Positions 19,990 through 30,682 of a stretch of 64,000 bases of DNA are shown piece by piece. The DNA is from a virus. Under the pieces are notes generated by a model, which ran no database searches, was not told where the DNA came from, and worked only from the letters and a program-made list of their open reading frames with translations. The first letter of the stretch is position 1; each line of letters starts with the position of its first letter. Made by a program: the position numbers and the translations under genes. Location: positions 100,032-164,031 of IMG/VR virus record IMGVR_UViG_3300009702_000016; one strand, written 5' to 3'.

Positions 19990-20906
19990 TGACACAGACC
20001 AGAATTTGGAACTACGGTGACACCTTTACTTCGTTCAGGGGAAGCTCTGCTTTGGGTGAGCTTCATTCCCCGGGTGTCTTCTCTGGTTATGACTTGTCTG
20101 TCACTGACGTAGACAAAGTTGAGGTGAGCACGGGCTTTCTGCTACTCCCTAGTGGAATCTTGGTAGGGGAAGACGTTGCTCTAGAGTTCATCATAAACCC
20201 TCTTCCTGCGGCTGCGACGACCTACACACTGACAGTGCGCCACACTGATTCAGATGTGATTGGAGGCCAGGCAGCCGTTTATGCAATGGAAGTAGGTGAG
20301 CTTGCTCCCGCTGATATCTCTGACGGAATACCCATCGCTTACATCCATCACCCTGGCGGAGCGGTGGCCTTAGATGCCTCACAGATCGTCCCTGTTCGAA
20401 AGGTATTGGACTCCGCATCTGACGCTGTTTCTATTGATCCTACTTCCTTCCTGGCACCTTTCTCGTCAGCATGGGTTGTCGACACGCTTGGGACAGACAC
20501 TTCCGTTACAAGTAGTTACGACGGTGCCGCCACTGTGTACTCCAGCGTCTCGACAGGAGGTGCTTCTCCTCTTGTCCCTCCCTTTTTTGAGACGTCCGTA
20601 ATGGTAATCCCCATCGAAGCAAAGGCGTTTCGTCCGAGGTCTTTCTCCGTTCGTTCTCGCATTGCTACCATCAACTCTAGCCTTGTGGTTTCTGCCATGG
20701 ATACGGATGGAAATCCTGTTTCTTTGTCTTCCTCTACAATTAGTGGCCCTTCTGCTGTGTTTTCGGCCTCTACAGTTACTGTTGACTCCTCTTCGGGGGT
20801 ATTTACTGAGGGAGATTTGTACACTCTTGTTCTAGAGTTTAGAACCCCTCAGTCTGAATCCATCGACATTCAGTCTTTCACGGTCATCTATGACCCACTT
20901 CCTTAG
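19989..20906 (+). CDS. minor tail/baseplate protein
   Basis: PGVFSGYDL...VEVSTG pattern, beta-rich. Confidence 0.55.
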   Translation: MTQTRIWNYGDTFTSFRGSSALGELHSPGVFSGYDLSVTDVDKVEVSTGFLLLPSGILVGEDVALEFIINPLPAAATTYTLTVRHTDSDVIGGQAAVYAMEVGELAPADISDGIPIAYIHHPGGAVALDASQIVPVRKVLDSASDAVSIDPTSFLAPFSSAWVVDTLGTDTSVTSSYDGAATVYSSVSTGGASPLVPPFFETSVMVIPIEAKAFRPRSFSVRSRIATINSSLVVSAMDTDGNPVSLSSSTISGPSAVFSASTVTVDSSSGVFTEGDLYTLVLEFRTPQSESIDIQSFTVIYDPLP

Positions 20907-20915
20907 AGATTTTCC

Positions 20916-21401
20916 ATGATCAGTATTCTTAAGTTTTTCGAAAACAGCAACTACAAAGGAGGCAGCGGTAGTGAGAACGAAAACAAGGTAATCAGCCGTA
21001 CTCTGCTAAAGATTGCTGTTGTATCTCGTCATCACAGCCAGAAGCACCCAGAGAAGACGCCGAAGCACGGAGAGCTTTGGAAGTGTCGTATTGTTAAGGA
21101 GATTTCGTCCGGGCAAAACCGTGGATGCTTCATTGTAGAGCCCATTGAAAAGATTGACGACCAATCCATCGTTCATCTGATCCCTGGATGGTATGATACC
21201 AAGGTTGTCAACGGTAGGATGGTTATTGTTCCTAGGAAGCAAGGTGTAAACTGGATTCTTCCTCTGACTCACAAAAGAATGTTATCTGAAGAGCATAAGG
21301 CCTATTGTGTTCTTGTTTTGTTGGATGAGTTGCCTATGGCAGATGTTCCTTCCAACATCCCAATGCCAAAGACCGAAGCAGACGCTAACGAAGACGTGTA
21401 G
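20916..21401 (+). CDS. hypothetical protein
   Basis: ORF track. Confidence 0.7.
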   Translation: MISILKFFENSNYKGGSGSENENKVISRTLLKIAVVSRHHSQKHPEKTPKHGELWKCRIVKEISSGQNRGCFIVEPIEKIDDQSIVHLIPGWYDTKVVNGRMVIVPRKQGVNWILPLTHKRMLSEEHKAYCVLVLLDELPMADVPSNIPMPKTEADANEDV

Positions 21402-21409
21402 AAGGAGAT

Positions 21410-21829
21410 ATGATGGAAAAGACTGCCAGTGACAAACAAATTTCAGAGGAGGCAATGGCTAAGCTTCGGCTTAAGCTTGAGGAGTTCACTCCTTCTCTGC
21501 TGTCGTTGTTCAAGAGCCCTGAGATTGTATCCAGGCTTGAGGACTATGTGAAGCTGTTGGTTGCTGCCATCAAGGAACCTAATCTTATGCACGCACGAAT
21601 GGCACTTGGTCAGATGCTGTCAACAGCGGACAAGAACAAGGAAGCTGCAAAGGACCCTGCTAAGATATCAGAACAGATCAGGCTTCTTGTAAACCCAATG
21701 TTCGAGGCTGTAGTTAGCGCTGTTGGACGGAAGATGGTAGCGTCGGCTTCCCTACGTAGGCGCCTTGCTCGTGTCAGGTCTTCAGTTAGAAAACTAGCAG
21801 GCCTTAGAGATCTTGTTGGGGCTTTGTAG
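21410..21829 (+). CDS. helical protein with [KR]xA motifs
   Basis: AAGGAG RBS; EKTAS, KMVAS, RKLAG. Confidence 0.7.
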   Translation: MMEKTASDKQISEEAMAKLRLKLEEFTPSLLSLFKSPEIVSRLEDYVKLLVAAIKEPNLMHARMALGQMLSTADKNKEAAKDPAKISEQIRLLVNPMFEAVVSAVGRKMVASASLRRRLARVRSSVRKLAGLRDLVGAL

Positions 21830-22104
21830 TGTACAAGTACGGAATCATTAAGTATGAGAATGCTTCCCCTGGGTCTCCCGTTCGATACGTAGAAGGGTCC
21901 ATCGGAAAGCCTGGTGTGATCCTTGAGGCTCGGGGACCTCACGAAGTGAACGCTGTCCTTGTCCGTGTTAAGGGAACGATGGGCTACGTGGAGTACAAGC
22001 CCCCTTCTCCACTTTCTCCTTCCTCCTCCCAGACTAGTGGAAGTGCTTCTTCCATCCACATTCGATCTGACATTTCTGCGAAGGCGGGCCTTACTATTTT
22101 ATGA
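21829..22104 (+). CDS. hypothetical protein
   Basis: coupled ORF. Confidence 0.55.
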   Translation: MYKYGIIKYENASPGSPVRYVEGSIGKPGVILEARGPHEVNAVLVRVKGTMGYVEYKPPSPLSPSSSQTSGSASSIHIRSDISAKAGLTIL

Positions 22105-22727
22105 ATCATGAGGATATGACGGAGCTTGCGGAGTCTCTCAACAGGAAGCTTAAGCTCGTTGGGTTGGAGCACACTTACGCTCGTGTCAAGCCTTTGTCCT
22201 CTGGGGAGTATGAGGTGAGGGTTGTCGTACACCCCGACGAAGAGAGTTACCTTCCTGACCTTCCTTCTTCTGTGGTTACCTCACCCTGGGTAGAAACTTC
22301 TAACAGTAACTCTCCTTATCTTAAGATTACACCGAGAACCCCACTACCAAAAACAGATGATTTTGGTTTCTACCCAAGCTGGAGCCGTCGTAACACAGAC
22401 GGTCCTGCGCTTTCCCCTGACGTGAACCCTGCAGCCTCTGGCCTTCGTAGAATTCCTGAACTTCAGGACCTAGTTAGAGTATCCTCTATGAATAACGACC
22501 TAAAATCTCGTATATCTCATGTCATCAACTCGCTAACTGCCGCATCCAGGCTGCAAAAGGTGGCTTTGGCAGGAAGCGGGTACGCGAAGGAGTCGGAGCA
22601 TCTGATATCCGAGCTTCTGGAGCAGTTTGTGTCCGATGGGTATACCGGGAGGCACAAAATCGTCAGGTTGGTCAAGGCTCTAAAGAAGGCTATGCAGAGT
22701 GATGGCTATTCCTTCATGGGAGATTGA
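22101..22727 (+). CDS. hypothetical protein
   Basis: ATGA overlap. Confidence 0.65.
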   Translation: MNHEDMTELAESLNRKLKLVGLEHTYARVKPLSSGEYEVRVVVHPDEESYLPDLPSSVVTSPWVETSNSNSPYLKITPRTPLPKTDDFGFYPSWSRRNTDGPALSPDVNPAASGLRRIPELQDLVRVSSMNNDLKSRISHVINSLTAASRLQKVALAGSGYAKESEHLISELLEQFVSDGYTGRHKIVRLVKALKKAMQSDGYSFMGD

Positions 22728-22730
22728 TAA

Positions 22731-23081
22731 ATGTTGGAGAATCGTCCACAGACTTCTATACCGGGTCTCATCATCGCATGGCGTATTGATAAGTATCTTG
22801 CAGAACTAAAGGAGAATGAGAAGGAGAAGACGGCTTTTGTTGGTGTCGATTTTAGTTCCATTTCTGAGAGCGACGTTACTGCGAAAGACATCTATAGAGC
22901 ACAGTACGAGTGGGGACCTACCGCTTTGACTCGCCTGGTTACTGATCGGCGTGTTGCTTTGTGCACACTACTTAGGAAACTTGTGAAATCTTTGACTCCT
23001 GAGCTGGAGTCCTATCGGATGTACGAATATTGGGGTGACGTTATTTCGTCACCTACGATTGTGTACATTGATTACCCTTGA
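22731..23081 (+). CDS. hypothetical protein
   Basis: GGAG RBS. Confidence 0.65.
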   Translation: MLENRPQTSIPGLIIAWRIDKYLAELKENEKEKTAFVGVDFSSISESDVTAKDIYRAQYEWGPTALTRLVTDRRVALCTLLRKLVKSLTPELESYRMYEYWGDVISSPTIVYIDYP

Positions 23082-23096
23082 GCGTAGGGACTTGGG

Positions 23097-26000
23097 ATGT
23101 CTAATCCAATACTAAACTACTTTGACGCGAGTCGCCTGTACTTTACTTCCTACGGAAATGCTGTCTACCTTCCAAAGGTTGACAAGAAGCTTAAGTACAA
23201 CCCAGAGGACAACAACTACCATGTGACAATCCCTGCACATAGGCTCGATGAAGAAGGGAATGTGTATGACACGGAAAGACTGAATGACAAAGATGGAAAT
23301 CCACTTGGTGACGTAATTCCGGCTTCTACTAAGACTTTTCCGGCTGTAAATCGGATAGGCTATGAGAACTCTGGGATTGTAAGGTATTTCGACGCTAAGA
23401 GTAAGCTCCGAGTTACATCACTTCCAGGTCTTACTCCTGTGACTAAGAGTCCTCCTCTTTTGGCTGTAACCTTGGGGTCTAAGATCCCGGTAGAATCAGT
23501 AATCTATGATCAGAATGGTAGGGTAACGGACGAAGAGTGGGACCCTTCTGAGTTGTCTGAGGAGTACTATGTAGACCCCGAGGACACCACGAAGGCGAGC
23601 AGGTCTCGTCGTCGAGAGATTGCCAAGATATGTGTAACTAACACTGACGATAAAGGAATACCCCTATTCCTGTACCACACGAACACTGCTTTTCGTAAGT
23701 ACGTGAATGGGGAGATTGCTCGTTTGTTTAAGCTACTGTCTTCTAGCTCTCTCCCTGTGCTATCGCCCTCAGACGGTCCCCGTAGACCCTCACAGCTGGG
23801 ATCCTATCTGGGAAGTCTGCTCGTGGCGGCCTTTCACTCTAAGGACCACCCAGAGTTCCTAGAAGCACGAAGAGACGCAGTCAGGAAGGGAAGGGTGGAC
23901 GCTAGCACTGCCCCCTCCGTACCTCATCTTGATGAGGATACTCGTTTTCTGTCCCATCAGGTGTACGCTGCAGCGTTTCTGAAGGACAAGAAGGTCGCTC
24001 TTATGGATGCAGACCCGGGTGCTGGAAAGACCCTGATGATGCTTGCGGACATGCTTCACAAGATGACTACGGGAGAGGTTAGGCGCCCTTGTATCGTGAT
24101 GCCAAACCCCCTCCTTGGGCCGCAGAAGAGGGAGTTGGAGTCGTGGACGAACAACACTGTTAACTTCATCGTCCTAAACACTGCCACAGTTTCCAGAATG
24201 GACCCCAACGCTAAAGAGGGTACTCGGGGAACTAATAAGACCGTACGTAAGAAAGGTAACCATGAAGCGGGTCTTGTTGAGGCAATTAAGCTAGTAAACT
24301 CAGCCCCTCGCAACACTATAATCCTGACCAGCTATGCCTGGCTTCGAGGCTACCCAAAGGGTATTGATGTTCCCCCTTTCCCCAGGCCGAACATACTAAT
24401 CGATGATATGGGAGTTGACATGCTCTCCCTGGATGAGTCTCACTTCGTTCGTTACAACTCTAAGGGCGAAATTTCAATGAGGGCACAGGCCGTCATGCAG
24501 ATGGCTCCAATGGTGGAGTATAAACGTTGTTACTCTGGAAGCATCGCGCCCAATACACCGGAGGACGTATTCCTTCAGTCAGCCTTCTTGGACCCTTCTA
24601 TTTTCGGATCTATTGATAACTTCAGAGGACGGTACGGAAGCTTCTTCAACGACAGGTCTCATAAGGTCGAAGTCTGGAAGACTGGGGCCATAAAGATGAT
24701 CAGAGAGGAGCTTGGTAAGACAGTAGGCCTGTCTATCCGTCGTTCTGCCTGGTTGGATGAGCTTCCTGAGCTTGTCACTCACCATCATTTTGTTGCGCTT
24801 GATAACTTCCAGGAGCGAGTGTACGAGCACATATTGGACTGGTCTGACTCCGACTCCATCCTGTCGAAGTTGAAGGCTGACCCAAGAACAGTTGCTCAGG
24901 GATTGGTTGCTACACTTAGGCGTTTTGTGGATGACCATCCTGAGTTTTCTGACTCTGAAGTCATGCGCGTGATACGGGAAAACAACATTCCCGATACGTT
25001 TACCGTGTACGACAAGATGGGAGATGTTCGTTACAATGCAGAGCATCTACAGATGGTGGAACTCATTCGTGGCGCCTCAGATTTCGACCAGCTTATCGAC
25101 CTTGCCTATGCCTATCAGGCTGAGCAAGAAACTGCCTATGATAACAAGATTAATGACGGCACACTTGAGCCCGTAGACTCTCCTGCCATTTTGGCTAAAT
25201 ACCAGGCGTTTGAGATCTTCCTAGGCGCCCCCTCTGAGGATCCCATGGGGTCTCAGATGCTAACTGGAACGAGCCGGATCAGTCCCAAAGTTTCAGCAAT
25301 TGATGCCATACTTGACTCACACTTTTCTGACCCGGACTCTGGAAAGGTCCTGATATTTTCCAACACCAAGGTTGTAGCCCACCATATTCATAACCATATA
25401 AAGAGGTCCTCAGAGGCTCTCTATTATGAGGCGGCGGAGCAGCAGGCGTTAGATAGGTTCAAGGCGGACCCCAAGATTAAGATTATGGTTGCTGTGGTAA
25501 ACTCCCTTACAGAGGGACATAACCTGCAGATGGCAAACCGGATTATTCATGCGGATTTGCCTTGGATGCCTGGTTCTTACGACCAGTCTGTGGCTCGTGC
25601 TTATCGTCTTCCTCCTAGAGGCGGCGGAGTCAGTTACCCCGTTGTCCATGTTGACATATTGTTAACGAATAGGACGTTTGAGGTTACCAAACACGCCAGG
25701 CTCGTAAGCAAGATGATGATGACAAAGATGCTCACATCTAGCTTTGACTCTACGACTAACTTGCCTCTTGTGTCTATGCATCCAAGGGAGATTGCCCGCT
25801 TAAACGAAGAGTCGAAGACTATTGAGTATCGCAGGGTGTTCGACGACATTAGGGACATCGACCGTCAAGAGGCGAAAATAGCTGCTCTCAAGTTCAAGAC
25901 AGAGCCGAAGTCTCTGACCACAGGAAAGTTACTTCCAGGAAGCGAGCACATTGTAGTTCCGTACACTGACGCTGATATCAGGCGCTCTCCTCGTATGGAA

Positions 26001-27404
26001 GGACCTACAACTGCACGTATGGGAGTCTTGGATCCTGAAATTATGTTTCTGAACTTCGGGTGGTGGTTGGCTCTCGATTACGGGACACCTGTGTCCGTGC
26101 TAACGAAGGGAATCAACGGCTCCCTTCTTATCAATCGCTACTTTCCGAAAACAATGGCTCGTGAATTCTCAAACGTAAAGGAATACAACGACATTGTGTC
26201 CGAGCTGGACTCTGGGACCCCACCTGTCAACATTTCTAACCTTCAGCTTCTAAATGCTCAGGTCAACGGTAAGGCACCGCTTCATGTTAACTTTCCCACT
26301 GCAATGATAAAGTATGCAGGGGTGGTTAAAACAGGAGCTGTGAGACTACAACCGGTCGACCGAACGACGACTTCCCAGATCCTACGAAACGGAATTCCAG
26401 ATGATGCCAGCTTGCAACAGATGCATGCTATGTTGTCTGAGGTTTCGGAAGGCGAGGAGGTGTCTCCCCTTCAGGCTGTATTTGCTGTATCTTACTTGAA
26501 CGTGACCAAGCAGAAGATCCCAAAGAAGGCAGAGGATCGCCACGAGTTTTTGTCCTTACTGTACACACAGTCTAAAACACTCCCAATTCGTACACGTAAG
26601 GCATTACTTTCCCTTGTGCCTCCTTCCTTCTCTTTCTCAGCTACCCCTGCTCCTCCGCCTCCTTCGGTTGACGTCGCTGTTCCTGCGGGCGCTCCTGCTT
26701 CTCCCTCTGTTCCACCTTCGTCTTCCTCTGTTGACGGATTGACGATGGAGCCAAGCAGTAAGGCAGTCACTAAGGATGGAAACTTGTTCGTTGATCTTGA
26801 GGTGATGTCCCTAGGGTCTGGTCCTCCCTCTTCCCCTGCTGGACGTTCTAACTACCTGGCGTTCTCTGGTAAAAGCGCTGACGCCTTCTCTTCCTTGACG
26901 TCCTTTGGGTTTTCTGAGATTCCTTCCTTGTCAGGTAAGGTATTGTTCTTTCTGGGGGAGGCTTCTGCTGCGGTCAAGAAGAGCTTGGATGACTTTTCTA
27001 GAAGAATCTATCCCAATGGCTATTCCTTGAAGGATTTGGACTCCTATATTGAGACCCTTAAGGCGTATGGAATGTCAGAGAACGAAGTTTCTTCTATCTT
27101 TGGCTCAGAGACAAGTAGCCGTGTTGTAGATCTGGACGTGGACGAGGACAACGAAGACGTTTACGATGACAATGGGCTAGGAGAGATAGCGAGGGAGCTA
27201 GAGGAGGAAGATCAGGAAAATGAGCTTAGGCTTCCTGAGAGCCCGAATATTCCTGCTATGTCTATTTCCGAGAAGCCTCCGGGGGAGGATGCTCTGTCCG
27301 AGAAGAACAGACTGCCTTCTTTCTCCGACGAGGAGTTAGGAGAGATGATACCGAAGATGAGTAGCTATGAGGAACTCACGCGAGAGATTTTCAGCAACGA
27401 CTGA
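23097..27404 (+). CDS. SNF2-like superfamily 2 helicase/ATPase with long flanking regions
   Basis: Walker A DPGAGKT, Walker B LSLDESH, motif III SGS, EGHNLQMANRII..DLPW.P..YDQSVARAYR. Confidence 0.85.
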   Translation: MSNPILNYFDASRLYFTSYGNAVYLPKVDKKLKYNPEDNNYHVTIPAHRLDEEGNVYDTERLNDKDGNPLGDVIPASTKTFPAVNRIGYENSGIVRYFDAKSKLRVTSLPGLTPVTKSPPLLAVTLGSKIPVESVIYDQNGRVTDEEWDPSELSEEYYVDPEDTTKASRSRRREIAKICVTNTDDKGIPLFLYHTNTAFRKYVNGEIARLFKLLSSSSLPVLSPSDGPRRPSQLGSYLGSLLVAAFHSKDHPEFLEARRDAVRKGRVDASTAPSVPHLDEDTRFLSHQVYAAAFLKDKKVALMDADPGAGKTLMMLADMLHKMTTGEVRRPCIVMPNPLLGPQKRELESWTNNTVNFIVLNTATVSRMDPNAKEGTRGTNKTVRKKGNHEAGLVEAIKLVNSAPRNTIILTSYAWLRGYPKGIDVPPFPRPNILIDDMGVDMLSLDESHFVRYNSKGEISMRAQAVMQMAPMVEYKRCYSGSIAPNTPEDVFLQSAFLDPSIFGSIDNFRGRYGSFFNDRSHKVEVWKTGAIKMIREELGKTVGLSIRRSAWLDELPELVTHHHFVALDNFQERVYEHILDWSDSDSILSKLKADPRTVAQGLVATLRRFVDDHPEFSDSEVMRVIRENNIPDTFTVYDKMGDVRYNAEHLQMVELIRGASDFDQLIDLAYAYQAEQETAYDNKINDGTLEPVDSPAILAKYQAFEIFLGAPSEDPMGSQMLTGTSRISPKVSAIDAILDSHFSDPDSGKVLIFSNTKVVAHHIHNHIKRSSEALYYEAAEQQALDRFKADPKIKIMVAVVNSLTEGHNLQMANRIIHADLPWMPGSYDQSVARAYRLPPRGGGVSYPVVHVDILLTNRTFEVTKHARLVSKMMMTKMLTSSFDSTTNLPLVSMHPREIARLNEESKTIEYRRVFDDIRDIDRQEAKIAALKFKTEPKSLTTGKLLPGSEHIVVPYTDADIRRSPRMEGPTTARMGVLDPEIMFLNFGWWLALDYGTPVSVLTKGINGSLLINRYFPKTMAREFSNVKEYNDIVSELDSGTPPVNISNLQLLNAQVNGKAPLHVNFPTAMIKYAGVVKTGAVRLQPVDRTTTSQILRNGIPDDASLQQMHAMLSEVSEGEEVSPLQAVFAVSYLNVTKQKIPKKAEDRHEFLSLLYTQSKTLPIRTRKALLSLVPPSFSFSATPAPPPPSVDVAVPAGAPASPSVPPSSSSVDGLTMEPSSKAVTKDGNLFVDLEVMSLGSGPPSSPAGRSNYLAFSGKSADAFSSLTSFGFSEIPSLSGKVLFFLGEASAAVKKSLDDFSRRIYPNGYSLKDLDSYIETLKAYGMSENEVSSIFGSETSSRVVDLDVDEDNEDVYDDNGLGEIARELEEEDQENELRLPESPNIPAMSISEKPPGEDALSEKNRLPSFSDEELGEMIPKMSSYEELTREIFSND

Positions 27405-27427
27405 CTACAGCCGTGTAAATAGTTCTT

Positions 27428-27799
27428 ATGGGATGTAATTGTAGGCACGGAGCTAGTTCTGTTCCCCGTAGGCGACGTTCTGCTAAAGCTCAGACTCCAC
27501 GTCGATCCTTCGCCACTTTGTGCCCAGAGATAGAGAGGAACGGTAATGACATCTCTCTTCGTCTAGGTTCTAGGTACCACACTCTGTACTTCATAACGCC
27601 AGTTGCCTCAACCCTTTCCGTTGGCTCCTTTTTGTCCTCTAACGGCTGCACGGGTCCTTTTGCCTCTGCGCTTGAGGCCGCTGAGTTGAAGCTGGCGTAC
27701 GTGTCTCTGTCTCCTTCAGGTCTCGCGAAGCTAAAGGAGCTTATTCCCTCTGGTGTCGTGTCTCTGGGGTACTTGAGAGATGTCCTACGGGCTCTGTAA
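27428..27799 (+). CDS. hypothetical protein (N-terminal MGCNC)
   Basis: ORF track. Confidence 0.6.
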   Translation: MGCNCRHGASSVPRRRRSAKAQTPRRSFATLCPEIERNGNDISLRLGSRYHTLYFITPVASTLSVGSFLSSNGCTGPFASALEAAELKLAYVSLSPSGLAKLKELIPSGVVSLGYLRDVLRAL

Positions 27800-27808
27800 A
27801 CAAGGAGC

Positions 27809-30652
27809 ATGAGGTCCCTACTCCGACATGACCAGGACTACTGTTATGGTTGTCCTCTGTCCAAGGATCAGCGTCATTTCACTACTTACCTGCCTACTGA
27901 CGTCTATTACTCAGACACTCAGAGTGACGGCGAGACTCCTGTCGTGGACGTGCTGGTCGTTGGGGAAACGCCTAGTGTATCCGAAGACAGGATAGGCTTC
28001 CCCTTTGCAGGGGCGGCAGGCTCGGACATAAAGAACGCCCTCTCTCGTGCGGGGGTGGAGAACTACGCTATCGTTAACGGAGTCCGTTGCCGATGCACAG
28101 ATTCTAAGGGTAAGCACAGGGAGCCCTCTATTGAGGAGTTGTCGGCTTGCAAGAATTACCTCCTGAAAGACATTGAGATGCTGTCCCCCAAGGCGATTGT
28201 CCTTGCGGGGACGTTGCCCGTTAGGATGTTAGGGGAGGATCCCTCGTGGAAAAATAAGTCTGCCCACGCGCTAAAGGGGCACGCCTACACCACGAAAGAC
28301 GGAGTAACGCAGCTCGTCACAATCAATCCTAACTACTATCTTCGCTCCGAGGATGCAGTTGAGCGTAGGAGGTTCTTTCGCCATATCAGTTCTCTGAAGC
28401 AGATTCTTACAGGGAAGGAGACAAAGTGGTCACGGGAGGGGGAGGTAAAGCTGATAACAACTCTTCCTGAGTTTGACGAGTATATTGATCATTTGCAGTA
28501 CGAGTGCTCTCGCCCCGTCGCTTTCGATACAGAGACTAAGAACTTGAACATGGTGGCCAAGAATAAGCTGGCTACCGTTCAGTTTTCTGACGATCCTGAC
28601 TTGGGATACGTTATTCCTATCGACCACTGGGATACTCCATTCAAGGACAAAGAGAGTCGGATACACATTAAGAAGAGGCTGAACAGGTTATTTTCTGACC
28701 CAAATACGAAGATTCCTTTTTGGGTGATGCACAACTACCCATTCGACATTCATAAGGTTCTTCGTCATCTCAAGGTAAAAAAGCAGCCTCCAAAGCTCGT
28801 AATCGACACTCAGTTCCTGGCCTATCTCGAAGATGAGAACCAAGCAGGAGGAGACGACGAGTCTAGCGGTGGTTATAACGCTTTACGACTTAAGGACCTT
28901 GTTCGTGAGCTTCTTGGATTTCGAGTCTATGACACTGAACTTACTGACGCTATGGCTGCCCGTTCTGGGGCCTCTGGTGGGAGCCTGTGGGATCTTGATT
29001 TTGACACTCTCGCTCGGTACGGAGGAACAGACGCCTACGTTACCTTGCGGCTCTTCTACTTCTACCAGCGGAGACTGAAGGATCAGGGGTACACTACTGC
29101 TCTAAAGTTCGCTCATCGTTGGTACGGAAGAACAGCCTATCCACTACTAAAGATGTCGGAGAATGGGTTTCCGCTGGATACTGACCAGCTGGCTTACCTT
29201 AGGTCAGAGGAATCCCCTATCATTTCTAGACTAGCGGAGATTCCGAAGCTTATCTACGCTACCAAGGAGGCCAAGGAAGCGAATCGAGTTCTTCTGGGAT
29301 CAGACGCTCGCACTAAGGGAATGCGTCCGCTCTTTGGAAAGAGCCCGTGGGCGCTGGATATCTCGAAGAAGAAGCACCGGATTCACTTGTTTGTGGACGC
29401 CTGTGGCCTAGAGCCTCTCAGTCATGGAAAGGACGGAACGGCAGGAATCAATAAGGCGTACTTCGACCATTACAAAAATCACGATATAATCAAACTGTAC
29501 CAGGAATACAGTGGCCTCTATAAGCTGAGTACCTCCTATCTGAATAGCGTGGACGGTCTCCTGGTGTCTAAGCCTGACAACGTAGCAGATGGTAAGATAC
29601 ACGCCAACTTCCACCTTATGCGTACAGTGACCGGGAGAGCTTCGAGTAGCAACCCGAACCTTCAGCAGCTTCCAAAGGGAGATAAGTGGACCGCAAAGGC
29701 CCATATTAGGTCACTTTATGGTGTTGACTACGGACGTATGATTCTTGAGGCCGATTACGGTCAAGCGGAGGTTCGATGGTGGGCGCAGATATCGGGGGAC
29801 AAGGCGTACGCAAAGCTGTTCCACGAAATGAAGGCTCTTCGCGATCTCTACAAGAAGACGGGGGATTTGGATCTTAAGACGAGAGTTGGATTGGAGTGTG
29901 ACATCCATAAGAAGGTCGCCTCGATCATGTTCCAGTGCTCCCTTTCTGACGTAACTTCTGCGATGCGAAAGAAGGCCAAGAGCCTTTGTTTCGGTTCCAT
30001 CTTTGGTCAGCACTATAAGACACTCGCCTCGATTCTTTCTATCACCCCAGATGAGGCTCAGGATCTACAGAACACGTTTATCCAGGAGTTTGAACGCGCC
30101 GGTCGGTGGCTTACCGATGTAGAGGTTCAGGCGATGCAGACGGGTATTGTGACTACTCCTATGGGACGAGTCCGCCACCTCGCTGATGTTTATGCCCGAG
30201 ATGAAGGGTCAGGAAACCGTAGAGCAAGGAACTCGCCTATCCAGGCCGCTTCCTCGGACACAACGGCTCTTGCTGCTTGGAGAATGCAGAGGATTATCGA
30301 AGAGGAGAAGCTTCCTTTCCGTATGATAAACTGTGTGCATGACGCAATCACGCTAGACATTCCTTTAGATTACGACATGCTTGCACGGGGAGTCTATCTT
30401 ATGGACCATTGCATGGTGAATGTGGAAGGGTTCCTGAAGGAGGAGTTTGGTATTGATATGATCGTTCCGATGGAAGTTGACTACGATATCGGTATTCGTT
30501 GGGGTCATCTGTTGAACTTCGATGGTGTGGAGCGTAACTTGAAGCCCATCTTTGATAAGTGTGTGGGCTGGGATGACCGACTTCGTAAGGGAGAGAAGTG
30601 GCATAACATTGCCAATGAGGAATGGCCAGACCCTTCTCAAAAAGCTGCCTAG
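27809..30652 (+). CDS. polA: family A DNA polymerase with N-terminal family-4 UDG-like domain and 3'-5' exonuclease
   Basis: UDG: CxxCPL, VGETP, FPFAGAAG, VRCR; Exo: FDTET, HNYPFD, YGGTD; Pol motifs A DYGQAEVR, B RKKAKSLCFG, C VHDA. Confidence 0.95.
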   Translation: MRSLLRHDQDYCYGCPLSKDQRHFTTYLPTDVYYSDTQSDGETPVVDVLVVGETPSVSEDRIGFPFAGAAGSDIKNALSRAGVENYAIVNGVRCRCTDSKGKHREPSIEELSACKNYLLKDIEMLSPKAIVLAGTLPVRMLGEDPSWKNKSAHALKGHAYTTKDGVTQLVTINPNYYLRSEDAVERRRFFRHISSLKQILTGKETKWSREGEVKLITTLPEFDEYIDHLQYECSRPVAFDTETKNLNMVAKNKLATVQFSDDPDLGYVIPIDHWDTPFKDKESRIHIKKRLNRLFSDPNTKIPFWVMHNYPFDIHKVLRHLKVKKQPPKLVIDTQFLAYLEDENQAGGDDESSGGYNALRLKDLVRELLGFRVYDTELTDAMAARSGASGGSLWDLDFDTLARYGGTDAYVTLRLFYFYQRRLKDQGYTTALKFAHRWYGRTAYPLLKMSENGFPLDTDQLAYLRSEESPIISRLAEIPKLIYATKEAKEANRVLLGSDARTKGMRPLFGKSPWALDISKKKHRIHLFVDACGLEPLSHGKDGTAGINKAYFDHYKNHDIIKLYQEYSGLYKLSTSYLNSVDGLLVSKPDNVADGKIHANFHLMRTVTGRASSSNPNLQQLPKGDKWTAKAHIRSLYGVDYGRMILEADYGQAEVRWWAQISGDKAYAKLFHEMKALRDLYKKTGDLDLKTRVGLECDIHKKVASIMFQCSLSDVTSAMRKKAKSLCFGSIFGQHYKTLASILSITPDEAQDLQNTFIQEFERAGRWLTDVEVQAMQTGIVTTPMGRVRHLADVYARDEGSGNRRARNSPIQAASSDTTALAAWRMQRIIEEEKLPFRMINCVHDAITLDIPLDYDMLARGVYLMDHCMVNVEGFLKEEFGIDMIVPMEVDYDIGIRWGHLLNFDGVERNLKPIFDKCVGWDDRLRKGEKWHNIANEEWPDPSQKAA

Positions 30653-30682
30653 TTCTTTTCTAATGGGTCCTTATCTACACTT

